A DNA stretch of 63,269 bases, counting the filler, from a bacterium (GTDB lineage Bacteria > JBDRGX01), in the NCBI GenBank assembly GCA_043817485.1. It is 5 parts of 5 records of this genome, joined end to end, with 100 filler letters (N's around TTAATTAATTAA, not from the genome) between each part and the next. Parts side by side here need not be neighbours in the genome. Positions count along the whole stretch, not along the records: positions 33,742 to 60,922 come from JBDRGX010000068.1; positions 61,023 to 63,269 come from JBDRGX010000069.1; 3 more parts are not named here. The stretch is one strand, 5' to 3'. The translations under genes and the position numbers were made by a program. Of the stretch, positions 50,787 to 61,499 are shown in pieces. The notes under the pieces were generated by a model, which saw nothing but the letters and a program-made list of their open reading frames with translations, did no database searches and was not told the origin of the DNA. Numbering within the stretch: the stretch's first letter is position 1; every line of letters begins with the position of its first letter.

Positions 50787-52307
50787 ATGAAATATTTATT
50801 TCTAATAATTTTTATTTCTATTTCTTTTCAAATTGCTTTTTTAATGTTAGATAAGGCTCCAGATACTGATGAAGTTTGGTATATGACTATAGGTGAAAAT
50901 ATACTTAAAACTAATTTTCCAAGCATTAATGGAGTAGATCCTTATTTAATACATCCTCCTTTATTTACTCATTTAATTGCTTTATTTTTTAAACTATTTG
51001 GGAAATCATTTTTAATTGCAAGATTAATTTCAATGATAAGTTCTTTAATTGTATTAATTTTTACTTATTTTACAGTTAAAGAATTAAAAAATAAAATTGC
51101 AAATTTATCAATTTTTTTATTAGGAATAAATCCTTTTTTTTTATATTTTAGTAGTACAGTTTATATAGAAATGTTTCTTATGGCTCTTTTAAGTGCAAGT
51201 ATTTATTATTTATTTAAGGGCTTTAAAACAAATAAATCTAAATATTTTTTAATATCGGGAATAATTGTTGGATTAGGAACAATTACTAAATATAATGCTT
51301 TTATTTTAGTATTTGCTTTTATAATTTACAATTTAATTCAATTTAGATGGAAAATATTTTTTCAAAAAAAAATTTATATTTTTTTAATTCCAATTATATT
51401 TATTTTTAGTTTATGGATAATCTATGGCTTAATGCTTGATAAAAAACTTTTTTTAGATCAGCAATTGTTTGTTTTATCATATTTTAATTCTAAATCTTGG
51501 CATTTAGCAACATGGCGAGTTGTTTCAAATTTTACTTTATTGAAACAATTAGTAGCTGTAATTACTCCTGTTATTAGTATTTTTTTTATTATATCTTTAA
51601 TTCTAACTATATTTGAAATTGTAAGAAAAAAACTAAAAACTACTCATTCCATTTTTTTTCTTTTTATATTTTTGTGTTTATTTATTATAGGGGTATTAAA
51701 AACTCAATTTAAAGATATTCATTATCCTTTACCTATATTAGGATTTATAATAGTATTTAGCTGTTATTATTTGAATGATTATTTTTCATTTTTTTTAAAG
51801 AAAAAAACTATAAGTTTTGTTGGTTCTATTTTTTTTCTTTGGCTATCTTCTCCTTTTAGTATTTTTTATAATCCATTAGATAATAAATTTTATGACAATA
51901 TATATATTTGGGGAATTAAAAGAGATATAAATTATAGAATATATCAAGAAATAGGAAAATATCTTAATGATATAACATCTGATAATCAAATAATTGTAGT
52001 AGAAACTAAATCTACTATAACTAAATGGTATATAAATAAAAAAGTAATTGTATCTGATATGTATTTTTTTGATTTTGAAAATAAAAAAGAATTTGTTTTA
52101 AAAGCAGATATAGTAGTTTTAGAAGAGGGAATTTCTGCTTTTCTTAATGATAGTGAAGAAGAAAATTTTATAAAATTTATTCAAGAAAAATTTGTATTAA
52201 AAAAAACATTTGAATTTCCTTTTGAAAAATTTTCTATAAATACAGATCAAAAAATTTTAAAACAAGGTGATAAAAAGAAAACAGTTTGGGTATATGTTAA
52301 GAAATAA
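50787..52307 (+). CDS. ArnT/PMT-like GT-C membrane glycosyltransferase
   Basis: DEVWY, HPPL, ARL, TKY motifs; many TM helices. Confidence 0.8.
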   Translation: MKYLFLIIFISISFQIAFLMLDKAPDTDEVWYMTIGENILKTNFPSINGVDPYLIHPPLFTHLIALFFKLFGKSFLIARLISMISSLIVLIFTYFTVKELKNKIANLSIFLLGINPFFLYFSSTVYIEMFLMALLSASIYYLFKGFKTNKSKYFLISGIIVGLGTITKYNAFILVFAFIIYNLIQFRWKIFFQKKIYIFLIPIIFIFSLWIIYGLMLDKKLFLDQQLFVLSYFNSKSWHLATWRVVSNFTLLKQLVAVITPVISIFFIISLILTIFEIVRKKLKTTHSIFFLFIFLCLFIIGVLKTQFKDIHYPLPILGFIIVFSCYYLNDYFSFFLKKKTISFVGSIFFLWLSSPFSIFYNPLDNKFYDNIYIWGIKRDINYRIYQEIGKYLNDITSDNQIIVVETKSTITKWYINKKVIVSDMYFFDFENKKEFVLKADIVVLEEGISAFLNDSEEENFIKFIQEKFVLKKTFEFPFEKFSINTDQKILKQGDKKKTVWVYVKK

Positions 52308-52339
52308 AAAAATAAATAATTATAAATTATAAATTTTTC

Positions 52340-52368
52340 TTGACAGTTTAAAATAAGTAATATATATT
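52340..52368 (+). promoter_or_regulatory. Sigma70-type promoter of the tRNA-Thr/rpmG operon
   Basis: TTGACA-17bp-TATATT. Confidence 0.65.
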
Positions 52369-52384
52369 TTTTTTTTATTATTTT

Positions 52385-52461
52385 GCCCATATAGCTCAGT
52401 CGGCTAGAGCACATCCTTGGTAAGGATGAGGTCATCGGTTCAATTCCGATTATGGGCTCCA
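52385..52461 (+). tRNA. tRNA-Thr(GGT)
   Basis: GCCCATA/TATGGGC acceptor stem, anticodon arm CATCC-TTGGTAA-GGATG, GGTTCAATTCC T-arm, CCA end. Confidence 0.97.
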
Positions 52462-52488
52462 AATAAGAAAAATAAGAGAGGAATTAAA

Positions 52489-52638
52489 TTGAGAGAAATA
52501 GTTATTTTAGCATGTAGTGAATGTAAAAGAAGAAATTATAATACTACTCGAAATAAAAAAAAGAGTGAAGAAAAAATTTCTATAAAAAAATTTTGTAATT
52601 CTTGTAAAAAACATATTTTGCATAAAGAAACAAAATAG
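52489..52638 (+). CDS. rpmG: 50S ribosomal protein L33 (Zn-binding form)
   Basis: TTG start; LACSECKRRNY...KKFCNSCKKH.LHKETK. Confidence 0.95.
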   Translation: MREIVILACSECKRRNYNTTRNKKKSEEKISIKKFCNSCKKHILHKETK

Positions 52639-52713
52639 GCCTGTAGCTCCAACGGCTAGAGCACTGGACTCCAAATCCGGGTGATGGGGGTTCAAATCCC
52701 TCCAGGCCTGCCA
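52637..52713 (+). tRNA. tRNA-Trp(CCA)
   Basis: AGGCCTG/CAGGCCT stem, loop CTCCAAA, CCA end; canonical position before secE. Confidence 0.96.
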
Positions 52714-52727
52714 AAAAGAGAAAAAAT

Positions 52728-52910
52728 GTGAAAAAAATAAAATTATTTTTGAATGAAATTAATTATGAAATGAAAAAAGTTACTTGGCCAGAGAAAAAGA
52801 ATCTAAGAGATTCTACAATTGTAGTTATAATAAATATATTATTCTTTGCAATAATTATTGGAATTTTAGATAAAATTTTTACAAATTTATTAAAACTAAT
52901 AATTAAATAG
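52728..52910 (+). CDS. secE: Preprotein translocase SecE
   Basis: EMKKVTWP plus one TM helix. Confidence 0.95.
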   Translation: MKKIKLFLNEINYEMKKVTWPEKKNLRDSTIVVIINILFFAIIIGILDKIFTNLLKLIIK

Positions 52911-52922
52911 GGGGCATTTTTT

Positions 52923-53453
52923 ATGGCAGTCCATTGGTATGTGTTACATACATATTCAGGACAAGAAGAAAAAGTCAAGAAAAGTTTAGAACATAAATTT
53001 AAAACAATGCATTTAGAAGAAAAATTACAACAAATTTTAATTCCTAAACAAGAAATTACAGAGATAAAAAAAGGAGAAAAGAAAATTTCTTCAAGAATGT
53101 ATTTTCCAGGTTATTTATTTATAGAAATGGAACTTACTGATGATTCTTGGTATGCTGTTCGCAATACACAAGGAATTAGTGGTTTTATTAGCACACATTC
53201 TAAACCTACTCCTCTTACAGAAATAGAAGTTAAAAAAATTATGCTTCAAGTAGAGGAAAAAAAGAAAAAGTTTAAAATAGTTCTTGAAAAAGGAAATAGT
53301 GTGAAAATTATTAGTGGGCCTTTTGTTGGATTTACTGGAATTATTGATGAAATAAACGAAGAAAAATTTAAATTAAAAGTATTGGTTACTATTTTTGGGA
53401 GATCTACTCCTATTGAAATAGATACCGATCAAGTGGAAAGAGAGGAGATATAA
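52923..53453 (+). CDS. nusG: Transcription factor NusG
   Basis: [27 protein letters not shown]. Confidence 0.97.
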   Translation: MAVHWYVLHTYSGQEEKVKKSLEHKFKTMHLEEKLQQILIPKQEITEIKKGEKKISSRMYFPGYLFIEMELTDDSWYAVRNTQGISGFISTHSKPTPLTEIEVKKIMLQVEEKKKKFKIVLEKGNSVKIISGPFVGFTGIIDEINEEKFKLKVLVTIFGRSTPIEIDTDQVEREEI

Positions 53454-53454
53454 A

Positions 53455-53889
53455 ATGGCAGTGAAGGTTAAAAAAGAAGTTGCAAAAATAAAACTTCAAA
53501 TAGAAGCAGGAAAAGCTACTCCTGCTCCACCTGTAGGTCCATCTTTAGGACAGCATGGAATAAATATAATGGAATTTTGTAAAAGTTTTAATGCTAAAAC
53601 AAGTGGACAAGAAGGATTAATTATTCCAGCTGTAATTACTGTTTATCAAGATAAAAGTTTTACTTTCATTACTAAAACTCCACCAGCAAGTATTCTTATT
53701 AAACGAGCTGTAGGAGTAGCAAAAGGTTCTGGACAACCAAATAGAGTTAAAGTAGGAAAAATAACAAAAAAACAAATAGAAGAAATAGCAAAAATTAAAT
53801 TGCCAGATTTGAATACAACAAATATAGAATCTGCTATGAAAGTAATTAGTGGAACTGTTAAAAATATGGGAATTGAAATAATAGAATAG
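53455..53889 (+). CDS. rplK: 50S ribosomal protein L11
   Basis: [19 protein letters not shown]. Confidence 0.98.
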   Translation: MAVKVKKEVAKIKLQIEAGKATPAPPVGPSLGQHGINIMEFCKSFNAKTSGQEGLIIPAVITVYQDKSFTFITKTPPASILIKRAVGVAKGSGQPNRVKVGKITKKQIEEIAKIKLPDLNTTNIESAMKVISGTVKNMGIEIIE

Positions 53890-53901
53890 GAGTTAAAAAA
53901 A

Positions 53902-54594
53902 ATGGGAAAAAAATATCAATTAGTCGCAAAAACAATAGAAAAGAATAAATTATATTCTTTGGATGAAGGGATAAATTTAGCTTTAAACACGGCTATAGTT
54001 AAATTTGATAGTACTGTTGAAATTTACATGAGATTAGGGGTAGATCCAAAACATGCAGATCAAATAGTAAGAGGAACAGTAGTTCTTCCTAATGGTACTG
54101 GAAAAGTTCCAAAAATATTAGTTTTTGCAAAAGGTGAAAAAGAAAAAGAAGCTCAAGAAGCTGGAGCCAATTTTGTAGGATCAGCAGATTTAATAGAAAA
54201 AATAGAAAAAGAAAATTGGTTAGATTTTGATGTAACGATAGCAACTCCAGATATAATGAAAGAAGTTAGTAAATTAGGTAAATTATTAGGTCCCAGAGGA
54301 TTAATGCCTAGTCCTAAAATGGGGACAGTTACTTTTAAATTAAAAGAAACTATTGAACAAATTAAATTAGGTAGAGTAGAATATCGTGTAGATAAAGAAG
54401 GTGCTATTCATTGTGGTATAGGTAAAGTTTCTTTTGGAGATCAAAAAATCAAAGAAAATTTTTTATCTATATTTAATGCAGTTATTAAAAGTAAGCCAGC
54501 TTCTACAAAAGGTCAGTATCTTAAAGGAATAGGAATTACTACTACTATGGGACCAGGGATAAAAATAGATAGTGCTAGTATTTTAAAACAATAG
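53902..54594 (+). CDS. rplA: 50S ribosomal protein L1
   Basis: VRGTVVLPNGTGK, LGPRGLMPSPK, TTMGPG. Confidence 0.98.
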   Translation: MGKKYQLVAKTIEKNKLYSLDEGINLALNTAIVKFDSTVEIYMRLGVDPKHADQIVRGTVVLPNGTGKVPKILVFAKGEKEKEAQEAGANFVGSADLIEKIEKENWLDFDVTIATPDIMKEVSKLGKLLGPRGLMPSPKMGTVTFKLKETIEQIKLGRVEYRVDKEGAIHCGIGKVSFGDQKIKENFLSIFNAVIKSKPASTKGQYLKGIGITTTMGPGIKIDSASILKQ

Positions 54595-54606
54595 GAGGAA
54601 TGAATT

Positions 54607-55125
54607 TTGAATAAAACAATGAAAACACAAGTAATAGAAAATTTGAAAACAAAAATGAATAAATCTTGTGGAATAATTCTTTCTGATTATAAAGGATTAA
54701 ATGTAGAAGCAATTTCTTTACTTCGTTCTAATTTAGCAAAAATAGATGCTGAATTTTTGGTAGCAAAAAATACTTTAGCTGTTAAAACAGTAAAAGAAAT
54801 TGGTTTAGAAGATCTTATCCCACAATTTAAAGGACCTGTAGCAATTACTTTTAGTTATACAGACATTATTTTTTGTATTAAAGTAATGCAAAAATTTGCT
54901 AATGAAAATGTTAATTTAAAAATAAAAGCTGGTGTTTTAGATAAAAAAATTATTAATAAAGAAGCAATAAATCAAATCGCTATTCTTCCTTCAAAAGAAG
55001 AACTTTTAACAAAACTTGTTTATACAATAAAACTGCCTCTCATTAATTTAATTAATATATTTCAATGCCCAATTAAAAAATTAATTTGGGTAACGAAAAA
55101 CATAGAAAAAAAGGAGGGTATTTAA
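54607..55125 (+). CDS. rplJ: 50S ribosomal protein L10
   Basis: DYKGL, KNTL, LPSKEEL. Confidence 0.95.
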   Translation: MNKTMKTQVIENLKTKMNKSCGIILSDYKGLNVEAISLLRSNLAKIDAEFLVAKNTLAVKTVKEIGLEDLIPQFKGPVAITFSYTDIIFCIKVMQKFANENVNLKIKAGVLDKKIINKEAINQIAILPSKEELLTKLVYTIKLPLINLINIFQCPIKKLIWVTKNIEKKEGI

Positions 55126-55526
55126 TGACCACAGGTATAGAAGAAAAAAAAGAACAAAAATTTGAAAATATTATAAATGCTATTGCATCTATGAATATTT
55201 TGGAAGTTTCTGAATTAGTAAAAGCATTAGAAGAAAAATTTGGAGTAAGTGCTGCAATGCCAATGATGGTTGCTGCATCAGCAGGAACTGGCGCATCTGC
55301 TCAACCTGAAGAAAAAACAAGTTTTACTTGTATTCTTACTTCTTCTGGTGATAAAAAAATTCAGGTAATTAAAGAAATAAGAACTATTACTTCTTTGGGC
55401 TTAAAAGAATCTAAAGATTTAGTTGATGGTGTTCCTCAAACAATTAAAGAAAATGTCTCTAAAGAAGAAGCAGAAGATATAAAGAAAAAAATAGAAGATG
55501 TTGGTGGTGTTGTAGAAATTAAATAA
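55125..55526 (+). CDS. rplL: 50S ribosomal protein L7/L12
   Basis: [34 protein letters not shown]. Confidence 0.97.
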   Translation: MTTGIEEKKEQKFENIINAIASMNILEVSELVKALEEKFGVSAAMPMMVAASAGTGASAQPEEKTSFTCILTSSGDKKIQVIKEIRTITSLGLKESKDLVDGVPQTIKENVSKEEAEDIKKKIEDVGGVVEIK

Positions 55527-55535
55527 TTCCCACAA

Positions 55536-55608
55536 GGGGCTGTGGCGCAGTTGGAAGCGCGTCTCCTTGGCGTGGAGAAGGCCAGGGGTTCGAATCCCCT
55601 CAGCTCCA
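55536..55608 (+). tRNA. tRNA-Ala(GGC), CCA not fully encoded
   Basis: GGGGCTG/CAGCTCC stem with G3:U70; anticodon loop TTGGCGT. Confidence 0.95.
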
Positions 55609-55802
55609 CTTTTGGGAAAACATTCTATTTATTTTAGTGAATTTTTTTGTGTTTGATAATTAACAAAAACAGAAAAATTGATTTTTATTTTTAAAAGATA
55701 AATATAAAGTATTTTTTTTGCTTTTTAAATTGCAGAAAAAATACTTTATTTATTAACAAAACTTTTTTAAAATTAAAACATTTGAATTTTAATAAAATTA
55801 CT

Positions 55803-56402
55803 ATGAAAAATGAAATAAAAGAAATTGAAAAAGACTTGAAATTTGTAAAAAAAACATATTTAAAACTTTTAACAATTTTGCCAAGTTTTGATATTACTGA
55901 TAATAAAATTTTACCTTATGGATTAAAAGCACATACGAGATCTGTAAGTTGGTTAGTAGAACAGGTTATTACGCAACAAACAAAATACAATTCTAAAAAA
56001 CTTGGCATTGATGATGTTCATTTTGATTTTCCTGATACTTCATTGCATGATTGTGAAATAATCGTTGATAACAAAAATTATTTTGTAAATGTAAAAATTC
56101 ATAATATTGAAGGCAAAGAAAATAAAAACGATATAGCCGCAGTAGAAAAATTATATTTTCAATACAGCGTTAACAAAAATTATACTTTAATTTATGCTTG
56201 TTTTGGAATTAAATTTGAAAATATAAAAATAAGTTTTATAAAAGATTATTTGGAAGTTTTCTCACCTCAATTTTTACCAATTTATGTAAATCCAAGAAAT
56301 GATAAAATTCAAGCAACTTATAAACATAACAAAATTTATAGAACACGAGAAGAATTTTTAAAAATGTTAAAAGAAAAATCAAAAAGTATTATTTTAAAAT
56401 AA
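55803..56402 (+). CDS. Putative Type II restriction endonuclease
   Basis: Directly upstream of a DNA methyltransferase; E...PD..LHD...VNVK arrangement resembles a PD-(D/E)XK variant. Family not recognised. Confidence 0.5.
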   Translation: MKNEIKEIEKDLKFVKKTYLKLLTILPSFDITDNKILPYGLKAHTRSVSWLVEQVITQQTKYNSKKLGIDDVHFDFPDTSLHDCEIIVDNKNYFVNVKIHNIEGKENKNDIAAVEKLYFQYSVNKNYTLIYACFGIKFENIKISFIKDYLEVFSPQFLPIYVNPRNDKIQATYKHNKIYRTREEFLKMLKEKSKSIILK

Positions 56403-56405
56403 ACT

Positions 56406-57200
56406 ATGAATAAAATTTTTAATGAAGATATTTTATTGGGAATAAATAAAATAGAAAATGATTCTATTGATTTAATATTAACTGACCCACCGTATTGCTT
56501 AGGAAAAAATTATGGAAATGATTCTGACCAAAAATCAGCAGAAGAATATTTAAATTGGACATATCAATGGATTGATGTAGTTTTGCCAAAATTAAAAAAT
56601 ACAGGAAGTTTTTATATTTTTTTAAGTTGGCAATACTCACCAGAAATTTTTGTTTATTTAAAAAAGAAATTAAGAATGGTTAATGAAATTATTTGGGATA
56701 GACGAGTTCCAAGTATGGGCGGATCTACAAGAAAATTTTCTTCTGTACATGATAATATTGGTTTTTTTGTAAAAAATAACAATTATTATTTTAATATTGA
56801 TAGTATAAGAATTCCTTATGATGAAGAAACTAAAAAAGCAAGAACAAGATCGATTTTTGTTGGAAAAAAATGGTTAGAAATGGGTTATAATCCAAAAGAT
56901 TTATGGAGTGCTTCAAGAATACATGCACAAGATCCTGAAAGAGAAAATCACCCCACACAAAAACCTTTGAATATAATTGAACGCATTGTGAAAGTAAGTT
57001 GTCCAAAAAATGGCGTGGTTTTTGATCCATTTATGGGAACAGGAACAACTGCTATTGCTTGTTTAAAAAATGATAGACAATATGTTGGTTTTGAAATAAA
57101 CAAAGATTATCATAAAATGATAATGAATAGAATTAAAAAGTATAATAGTTGTCCTACATTATTTCAACAACAAACTCAAAAACAGTATAATTTGGCTTAA
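56406..57200 (+). CDS. Beta-class N4/N6 DNA methyltransferase
   Basis: DPPY first, then HPTQKP and DPFMGTGTT. Confidence 0.95.
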   Translation: MNKIFNEDILLGINKIENDSIDLILTDPPYCLGKNYGNDSDQKSAEEYLNWTYQWIDVVLPKLKNTGSFYIFLSWQYSPEIFVYLKKKLRMVNEIIWDRRVPSMGGSTRKFSSVHDNIGFFVKNNNYYFNIDSIRIPYDEETKKARTRSIFVGKKWLEMGYNPKDLWSASRIHAQDPERENHPTQKPLNIIERIVKVSCPKNGVVFDPFMGTGTTAIACLKNDRQYVGFEINKDYHKMIMNRIKKYNSCPTLFQQQTQKQYNLA

Positions 57201-57460
57201 GTATTTACAACACAACTCATCTTTATTTTTCTTCAAAATAAAAATCAATTTTTTTATTTCATACAATTAATCCTCTGTTTTATTGTTTAACCATTTTTTA
57301 TTTTTATAATTTTAATATTTTTTTGTTGAGTTTTAATTAAATAAAAGTAATATATAATTTGTAAAATTTGTATTAATAATTTTGAGAAAAATTTTATTTC
57401 AAACATAAAAAATAATAAGAAAAAATTGGTTTGTGTGTTTTAAAATTGGAGGAAATTATT

Positions 57461-58258
57461 TTGCTTGATATTTCAATAATAATTTTAACAAAAAATGAAG
57501 AAGAAATGATAGAAGGATGTTTGAAAAATATTTCTGATGCAAAAGAAATTATTATAATTGATGCTATGAGTACAGATAAAACTATAGAAATATGTCAAAA
57601 ATATACAAATAAAATATATTCAATTCCATGGCAAGGGTATACTTATGCTCGAAATAAAGGACTTGAATTTGCTACTTGTAAATGGATTTGTTTTTTTGAT
57701 GCAGATGAAAGAATGAGTAAAAAATTAAAAGAAAAAATTAAAGAAATTATTTCTTTGCCTTCAAGTGCTTTTATTTATCGCATAGTAATAGAAGAAATAA
57801 TTTTAGGAAAAAATGTAAAATGGGGAGGATGGAAAACAAGTGTTAAAAGATTAGCTCAAAAAGAAAAAGTTTTTTATAATAAAGATCAAAAAATTCATGA
57901 AGAACTTTTAGTAATTGGAGATAACCAAAATGTTGGACAAATAAAAGAACCTATTTATCATTTATCTCATAGATCAATTTCTCGACTTGTACAAAAAATA
58001 AATAAATATTCAGAATTAGAAGCAGAAGAAATGATGTCTAAAAAAATTAAAATAAATACTTTTATTTTAATGAAAGTGTTTATTAAAGAATTTTATCGTA
58101 GATTTATTATATTGAGAGGTTTTAGAGATGGGATTATTGGGTTAATTGGAAGTATGTGTCTTGCTTTTTATGCTTTTTTAAATTATGCTAAATTATGGGA
58201 ATTATCTCATTCAGAGATAAAAAAAATTTACAAAAATTGGGATGAAACGGAAAATTAA
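57461..58258 (+). CDS. GT2 glycosyltransferase (WaaE/KdtX-like)
   Basis: KNEE, STD.T, DADE, IHE, RGFRDG..G; TTG start after GGAGG. Confidence 0.88.
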   Translation: MLDISIIILTKNEEEMIEGCLKNISDAKEIIIIDAMSTDKTIEICQKYTNKIYSIPWQGYTYARNKGLEFATCKWICFFDADERMSKKLKEKIKEIISLPSSAFIYRIVIEEIILGKNVKWGGWKTSVKRLAQKEKVFYNKDQKIHEELLVIGDNQNVGQIKEPIYHLSHRSISRLVQKINKYSELEAEEMMSKKIKINTFILMKVFIKEFYRRFIILRGFRDGIIGLIGSMCLAFYAFLNYAKLWELSHSEIKKIYKNWDETEN

Positions 58259-58261
58259 TTT

Positions 58262-59257
58262 ATGCCCAAAATTAGTGTTATTATTCCTACTTATAATGCA
58301 GCACAATATATTGAAAAATCTTTAAAAAGTGTTTTAAATCAAACATATAAAGATTTTGAAATTATAATAGTTGATGATGGTTCTACTGATAATACAAAAG
58401 AAGTACTAAAACCATATTTATCTTCAATTATTTATATTTACCAACAAAATAAAAAACAAGCATTTGCTCGTAATATAGCAATTAAAAAAGCACAAGGAGA
58501 TTATATTGCTTTTTTAGATGCAGATGATTTTTGGCTTCCTGAAACTCTTGAAATACAAAAATTATCTCTTGATTTATATCCAGAAATAGCAATGGTTTTT
58601 GGAAATATAATTGAATTTGATGAAAAAGGAAATTTTGAAATAGGAGGTATTAAAAAAGAAGAATTACATATATTTGAAAAATCAAATAACATAAATTTTA
58701 ACAATAAAAAAATTGAAATATTTTATGGAAATGTTTTTAAATATTTATTTAAAGGAAATTTTGTTCCTATTATGACTGTAATGATAAGAAAAACTATTTC
58801 AGAAAAAATAGGCAATTTTGATGAACAAATGGTTCTTGCAGAAGATTATGATATGTGGTTAAGAATATCTAAAAATTATTCATTAGGATATATTAAACAA
58901 AATTTAGCAAATGTAAGAATTTTGTCAAATAGTTCTTCAAGAAAAAATATAGATTTTTCTTATGAACAAGAAATTAAAGCACTTAAAAAAAATATAAAAA
59001 CAAAAATTAATATTCCTTTGCAAGTTATCAAAAAACATATATCTTATAAATATTTTAGACAAGGATATGCTTGTTTTGTATTTCAAAAAATTAAAAAAGC
59101 AAGAAAACTTTTTGCAATATCTCTTATATATTATCCATTCCAAAATAGAACATTTTTTTATTTTATATTAACTCTTTTTCCAAAGTTATTAAGAGATAAA
59201 ATATTGCAATTGAATTTTTGTAAAAGAAAAGCCCCAAATAGTTTGATAGAAAAATGA
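58262..59257 (+). CDS. GT2 glycosyltransferase
   Basis: SVIIPTYN, VDDGSTD, FLDADD, EDYDMWLR. Confidence 0.92.
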   Translation: MPKISVIIPTYNAAQYIEKSLKSVLNQTYKDFEIIIVDDGSTDNTKEVLKPYLSSIIYIYQQNKKQAFARNIAIKKAQGDYIAFLDADDFWLPETLEIQKLSLDLYPEIAMVFGNIIEFDEKGNFEIGGIKKEELHIFEKSNNINFNNKKIEIFYGNVFKYLFKGNFVPIMTVMIRKTISEKIGNFDEQMVLAEDYDMWLRISKNYSLGYIKQNLANVRILSNSSSRKNIDFSYEQEIKALKKNIKTKINIPLQVIKKHISYKYFRQGYACFVFQKIKKARKLFAISLIYYPFQNRTFFYFILTLFPKLLRDKILQLNFCKRKAPNSLIEK

Positions 59258-59262
59258 ATAAT

Positions 59263-60714
59263 TTAATTTTTATTATGATTTTTTTTGAATGTATTTTCTA
59301 TGAAATTTTTTATAATTTCTGTTTCATTTTTTGATAAAACTCCAGAAAACCATAAAGATACAAAACAAATAATTGAATAAAAAAATAAAATGACAAAAAT
59401 ATTAATTTCTCTAAATATATATAATAAATAACTTATTACAATAATTATTCCCAATGGTTTATATATAAATTTAAAAAAAGTAAGATTTTTAAGATCTTTA
59501 ATACAAATAAAAAAGCAAATTACAGTAATTATAAATTCACAAAATACAGTAGCAATACTTGCTCCAATAAAACTTAATTTTCGAATAAGAAAAAAATTCA
59601 AAATAACATTTAAACACAAACTTAAAAACATAATTATAGTAAATATTTTTATTTTATTAGATGTTGATAAAAAATTGCCAAAATTATAATTAATGAAAAT
59701 AAATGGAATAGTAAATATTAAAATTTTAAATGCCGGGATAGAAGGAATATATTTTGTTTTATATAATAAAATTATAATTTTATCTGCTAAAACTATTCCA
59801 GCTCCTGTTATTATAAGAGATAAAAGAAAAAGAAATTTAAATGAAGTTTCAAATCCTTGTTGAAATAATTTTTTATTTTGAACAAAAAGACGAGACATAG
59901 ATGGAAATAAGGCTACCATTAAAACACTAGGAAAAAACAAAAATCCTTCTATGATTTTATATGCAGCATTATATTGTCCAACAGCAATGTTCCCTTTCAT
60001 TAGAGAAAGCATCGTCATATCAATTTTAAAGTAATAAGTAGCAAGAATTCCAGCAGAAAGAAAAGGAAAAGATTTTTTTATAATTTGCCAACAAAAAGAA
60101 AAATTAATTTTAAATTCTAATTTTGGAATAACTTTTTTAATAAAAAATAAAAGAAAAAAAGTATTGTAAATGCTTCCTATTATTGTAATAATAACTATTG
60201 TTATAGATTTGTATCCGTGTAATAAATAATAAATACCAAAGCAAGTAGTAAGTATTTTTGAAATCATTGCAGCCAAACAAGGATACATCATTTTTTCATA
60301 ACCATAAAAAATAGCACCTAAAGTTCCTGAAATTCCAGTTGGTAAAAAATTCAAAGCAATTAATAAAATCATTAATTTAACATCAAGTGTTTTTTTCATA
60401 AAACAGAGACTAATTCCAATAATAAAAATGCAAATACAAGATGCTACTAATTTTAAAAATACACCATGAAAAAAATATTTACCAGCTAAAGATTTATCTC
60501 GACTTATTTCAAGAGGAATTAAAGACCATAAACCAAAATTTATAATAATGCTGAAAAGGGCAGTATATGCAAAAACAAAACCATATTTTCCATATTCTTC
60601 TGGGCCTAAATATCGAGCTAAAAGTATAGTAAAAATAATTCCAAAAATTTGACTAATTAATTCTGATGAACCAATCCAAAAACTATTTGTAAGAATTCGT
60701 GTAGAAGTACGCAA
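59263..60714 (-). CDS. Polysaccharide flippase (Wzx/MOP family)
   Basis: LARYLGPEEYG, KIDMTML, VGQYNAAY, GASIAT. Confidence 0.9.
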   Translation of the reverse strand: MRTSTRILTNSFWIGSSELISQIFGIIFTILLARYLGPEEYGKYGFVFAYTALFSIIINFGLWSLIPLEISRDKSLAGKYFFHGVFLKLVASCICIFIIGISLCFMKKTLDVKLMILLIALNFLPTGISGTLGAIFYGYEKMMYPCLAAMISKILTTCFGIYYLLHGYKSITIVIITIIGSIYNTFFLLFFIKKVIPKLEFKINFSFCWQIIKKSFPFLSAGILATYYFKIDMTMLSLMKGNIAVGQYNAAYKIIEGFLFFPSVLMVALFPSMSRLFVQNKKLFQQGFETSFKFLFLLSLIITGAGIVLADKIIILLYKTKYIPSIPAFKILIFTIPFIFINYNFGNFLSTSNKIKIFTIIMFLSLCLNVILNFFLIRKLSFIGASIATVFCEFIITVICFFICIKDLKNLTFFKFIYKPLGIIIVISYLLYIFREINIFVILFFYSIICFVSLWFSGVLSKNETEIIKNFIENTFKKNHNKN

Positions 60715-60817
60715 TTTTTTATTCCTTTTTAAATTTATAAAAATAAAAAAAAATTATATTTTAATTATAAAAGAATGTCAAGAATAACAATTTTTAAAAA
60801 ACTGATCAATTTGTTTC

Positions 60818-60922
60818 GTAGGAACGAGATAGGAGTAGAATCAGAAATTTAATATATCATGCCTACGGCATTTGTTATTATTCGAGAATGATTTTTTCTA
60901 ACGATATATTGTCACGATGGGA
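60818..60922. repeat. Degenerate REP-like element at the contig end
   Basis: gtaggaacgagataggagtag...atcatgcctacggcatt...gatatattgtcacgatggga. Confidence 0.45.
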
Positions 60923-61022
60923 NNNNNNNNNNNNNNNNNNNNNNNNNNNNNNNNNNNNNNNNNNNNTTAATTAATTAANNNNNNNNNNNNNNNNNNNNNN
61001 NNNNNNNNNNNNNNNNNNNNNN
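60923..61022. other. Artificial contig linker
   Basis: N-run with TTAATTAATTAA. Confidence 0.98.
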
Positions 61023-61499
61023 TGTTTTTTTCTTAGATAGAACATCTATGAATTTTGCAGTATCTTCTGAATCTTTTGTATAAATTATTGGAATTTTATG
61101 TTTTAAAACTACTGAAAGTAAAAATCCTCTTATTGCATTTGGATTAATTCTAAAATTATCTTCACTATAAAGTTCTTGTTCAGATATTCCTTCTATAACT
61201 AAAAGTTTTTTTTCAAATTGTTTTAATTCTTCAATTTGTTTTATTAATCTTCCATTTATTATTGATGAAATAAAATCAGAAACAGTTTTTCTTTCAATTG
61301 CAATATTTCCTATAAGATAATCTGCTACTTTTAGTTCTTTGATTTCTGGTTTAAAGCCCATTTTTATTAAATAAGAATAAACTAATGAATTTCTTTCTCG
61401 ATAATCCATTATTATTTTTTGTTTTTCATTTTCTTTTTCTATTTTAGGTTTTGAGATAGAAAAAATATCATGAACTTCTTTTTAACGTATTATTTTCAT
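61023..61499 (-). CDS. ERCC4/XPF nuclease (archaeal type), 3'-truncated
   Basis: DYRE, LKVADY, IERKTVSDF..SI..GRL..Q. ATG 61499 overlaps the helicase stop but is followed by an in-frame TAA at 61484-61482. Confidence 0.85.

Noticed and set aside
52247-52695. Short minus-strand ORFs and the N-terminal extension of rpmG
   Set aside because: They are translations of the tRNA-Thr and tRNA-Trp genes.
55536-57430. tRNA-Ala-anchored integrative element
   Set aside because: No integrase and no duplicated tRNA 3' end was found in the contig; only RM genes follow.
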